From Paraspadella gotoi (taxonomy: Eukaryota; Animalia; Chaetognatha): a stretch of 64,000 nt of DNA. The notes below the pieces were generated by a model that saw only the letters and a list, made by a program, of their open reading frames with translations, searched no databases and was not told the DNA's origin. This document shows positions 61,314 through 64,000 of this stretch, in pieces (position 1 is the stretch's first letter; every line of letters starts with the position of its first letter). Both the position numbers and the translations under genes were made by a program. The stretch spans positions 9,478,432-9,542,431 of the forward strand of contig CM119263.1 of assembly GCA_051294375.1 (NCBI GenBank). The letters run 5' to 3'.

Positions 61314-62705
61314 ATTCTATAAGGCCAGGGTGATCACTCAACCTAAAATTGTAGAAATTCTTAACTTACGTATCTTAATCATTTCTCACATTCTTGTTAA
61401 GAGGCTTTCTATTAAAAAATAACTGAACTTTTAAAAATCTATCTAAAAAAATGTTCTTAAAAAATTTTAAACAAAAATTTTTCTTTCGGTTAAAACTAGA
61501 ATTTTCAAGAGAAAAATAATTTTTTTAAAATGTAAGCCTAATTTCTACAATCAAATTTTTTAACTTAAAACTGATCTTTACAGTAAGCTCAATTTCTACT
61601 TCCATAATTAATTTCTTCTTTTGGTACAAGTACTATACTTTGCGAGTTTGTACACTAATAATTCTAAAAATAAACTACTGTGTTAACATATTTCCAGATG
61701 GTTTTATGCTTTTATGAGTTTTTATGAGTTTGAAAAAAACTTATAGAATTATTTCAATTCGACTTTTTACTTTATGTTAAATATTTTATAATCATAAATT
61801 AGTTGCCTTATTTTATAGGGAATCTCTTGAATTAAAAAATCAGAATCTGAATTTAAAAAAATAAAAACAGTAAGCCATTTTTTTAAGATATTCGGCGGTT
61901 GAAACAAAACTCCATCATCACGATCCCCGTGCTGTGTATGTTGTGTGTGAATCTTTGCCAAAGTAATGGAGTCAAGAATTTTACTTTTTGACCGAAGTTG
62001 TGAATAGTTAAAAAAATTGAAAGATGTTGCAGCTCAAACCGTTTTGCGACTACTCTGAAAGAAAAAAAATATCTTGGGCAAGAAAGCGAAGGTGGGGGAG
62101 ATTCTATGATTAAGCCGTTTTTTTGGAAAAAAAAAAATGTTTTTCGTTTCAAAGATCATCAAGAAATTATCCCAAAAAAATTTGATGAAAATAATCAAAA
62201 TTGCTAATGAAGGGAAAGCAAATTTTTTTGAAAATATCTTTTTCATAGAATTGGGAGTTTCGTGACCTAAAAGTAATTTCTTGGCCAAATTTCAATGGAG
62301 AAACCGCCTTACCGTTTTGGGCTTGCAACTCTCTCAAATAGGTTCTTTTATTTTTTATATAGTACAAAAAAAAATCCGAAAAAACGATGACGCCTTTGAA
62401 AAAATAGTAAAGTGAATACATTTTCGGAATCGTCAGGAGCTCTCCTTTCGAAATCCGAGCTCGGTTTTAGCCAATTATATTTGAATCGATCGTGAATCCC
62501 GGACCTTAATAGTTAATGATAGAATTGACAGCTGTTGCTTGAATTGTCTACATCTCTCCTTGCGTTTTTTTTTTATTTTTTTTTTTATTTATCTTTTTTT
62601 TTTTGTCTTGACTAAAAGCGTCAAGGCCGTAGTATTCCGTTAAATTAATTAATTAATTCATTTCTCACTCGTTATCTTCTTCAATCTCTCTCTCTCTCTT
62701 TCTCT

Positions 62706-62745
<40 letters not shown>

Positions 62746-62860
62746 TTTCACGGTCTTTCTCACCCGTGATCTCCAACGATTTCCAGCAAAAGTTTTGAAC
62801 GATGGAATTTCCGAAAAACCGTCATTGTTCCCTCCCATACAAATGTTTCGGGTTGCAGAC
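56479..62860 (-). pseudogene. Inverted copy of GPCR paralog 2 exons 5-8 (degraded or unpolished)
   Basis: Reverse-complement copies at 62860-62764 (many single-base insertions), about 57549-57464 (acceptor AG lost), 57239-57104 (open frame, NQKVLFMLGMTSTCF) and 56842-56479. Confidence 0.65.
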
Positions 62861-63026
62861 CTCACGAAAATTGTTTTTTACATTATATTAAATGTTATAA
62901 TTATTTTTTCATTAAAAATATTTTTTTATCAAAAATACTAATAGTAATAGAAATATAAATTTGCATTTTGCATTTAAAAGATAAAAAGTCCAGAAAATCA
63001 TTTTTTCCCAGCAAGGCATGCATACT

Positions 63027-63683
63027 AAGGCGTAGTAAAATTTCTAAATTAACTTTAATTTAAAATTCTAAAAGTTGAGGGGAACGAACAACATTATACT
63101 AATGACATTTAATGTAATAAAAAAAATTTTAATAATAAATTTACAATTTAAGCAGGTAGGCCATATTTTATAACTAGCTACTAAAACCAATAAATTGTTA
63201 AAATTTCCAAAACTGTTTTTTTTCTAAAGATTTTTTTGAATTTTTGGTCATTCGTTCATAAAAAGTTGATTAAAAAGAAAATATAACTACTTTTTTGAAA
63301 AGTTCACTTCATTAAGTGGGCCGTCAAAAATTAGAAAAAGATATTTTTAAAGCTGGAAAACAACTTTTATATATTAAAATATAGTTTTTTTAATTTTTTA
63401 ACCACTTTAATTGAAAGAATTTTTTAAAATGAAATTTATATTTTTCCTTTTATCAACTTTTGACGAGGAATCAAATCTTGCCAATTAAAAATTTAAGAAA
63501 AAGCCTATTTTTGAAAATTTTCGATTTTATAAGGATAGGTACTATATATAAATATAAGCCCACTGCGGAAAATTAAAAAACATTAAAATCTAAAATGAAA
63601 TTTTTACAAATTTAATGTTCACTGATGGTTATGTTGTTCAAATGACTTTGTTAGAATTTTTGTATGTCACTTCACTACGCCTT
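63027..63683. mobile_element. MITE-like insertion with 10-bp terminal inverted repeats
   Basis: AAGGCGTAGT (63027-63036) and ACTACGCCTT (63674-63683) flank an AT-rich interior. The element is absent at the matching site of the left arm (about 54610). Confidence 0.65.
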
Positions 63684-64000
63684 TAATGCATTACATACCC
63701 GCGCCGAGCTGTCTGACGAAGCGAGAATTCATTACTTTTAGGAAAGTAATTGTCCCTCAAATGCTCAAATATGATCAACGTTCTTTTTTTTTGCCTGAAA
63801 CTAAGCGATTCAGAAACAAACTTACACAGCCGATTAAAAAAAAAAAATAAATTTAAAATTGACGTTTTACGCGCCTCAGAAAACAAACACGTTAAAGGTC
63901 TTCTGTCCGCAGATGTAAAAAAAAAAAATGGGGACAAAAATTAAAAACTCGAAAATTATTTTTAAATTAAGTATTTAATTGTCATCACCGTTCAATGAAA

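Larger units (their letters stand above)
54330..64000. repeat. Giant inverted repeat (fold-back) with a 39-nt spacer at 56592-56630
   Basis: 54330-56591 is mirrored by 56631-64000. The right arm carries extra blocks at about 57750-60900, 61320-62508 and 63027-63683. The symmetry continues to the window end. Confidence 0.95.

Overview
Intron-rich animal (invertebrate-like) genomic DNA: AT-rich introns with many (GA)n/(CT)n and trinucleotide microsatellites, GC/CpG-rich exons, and four N gaps. I assembled exon chains by hand from splice signals and phase. The minus strand carries 21 exons of an axonemal outer-arm dynein heavy chain (DNAH5/8-like, AAA2-AAA3 linker to stalk; 563-29490). Its introns hold a complete same-strand 7-exon DEG/ENaC channel gene and an intron-containing elongator tRNA-Met(CAT). 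A candidate 6-exon orphan gene lies at 30.8-33.6 kb. Two paralogous class A GPCR genes (FMRFamide-receptor-like, NFFxY in TM7) lie on the plus strand at 37.3-45.8 kb and 49.4-56.7 kb. The second GPCR folds back on itself inside its last exon as a giant inverted repeat centred at about 56611 that runs to the window end; this may be real or an assembly artefact. Small mobile-element relics include a Helentron/HINE-like element, a Penelope-like inverted repeat with a hammerhead-like motif, a MITE and a dispersed ~200-bp repeat. Most ORFs in the supplied track are microsatellite artefacts. Family calls come from motif recognition, not database searches.
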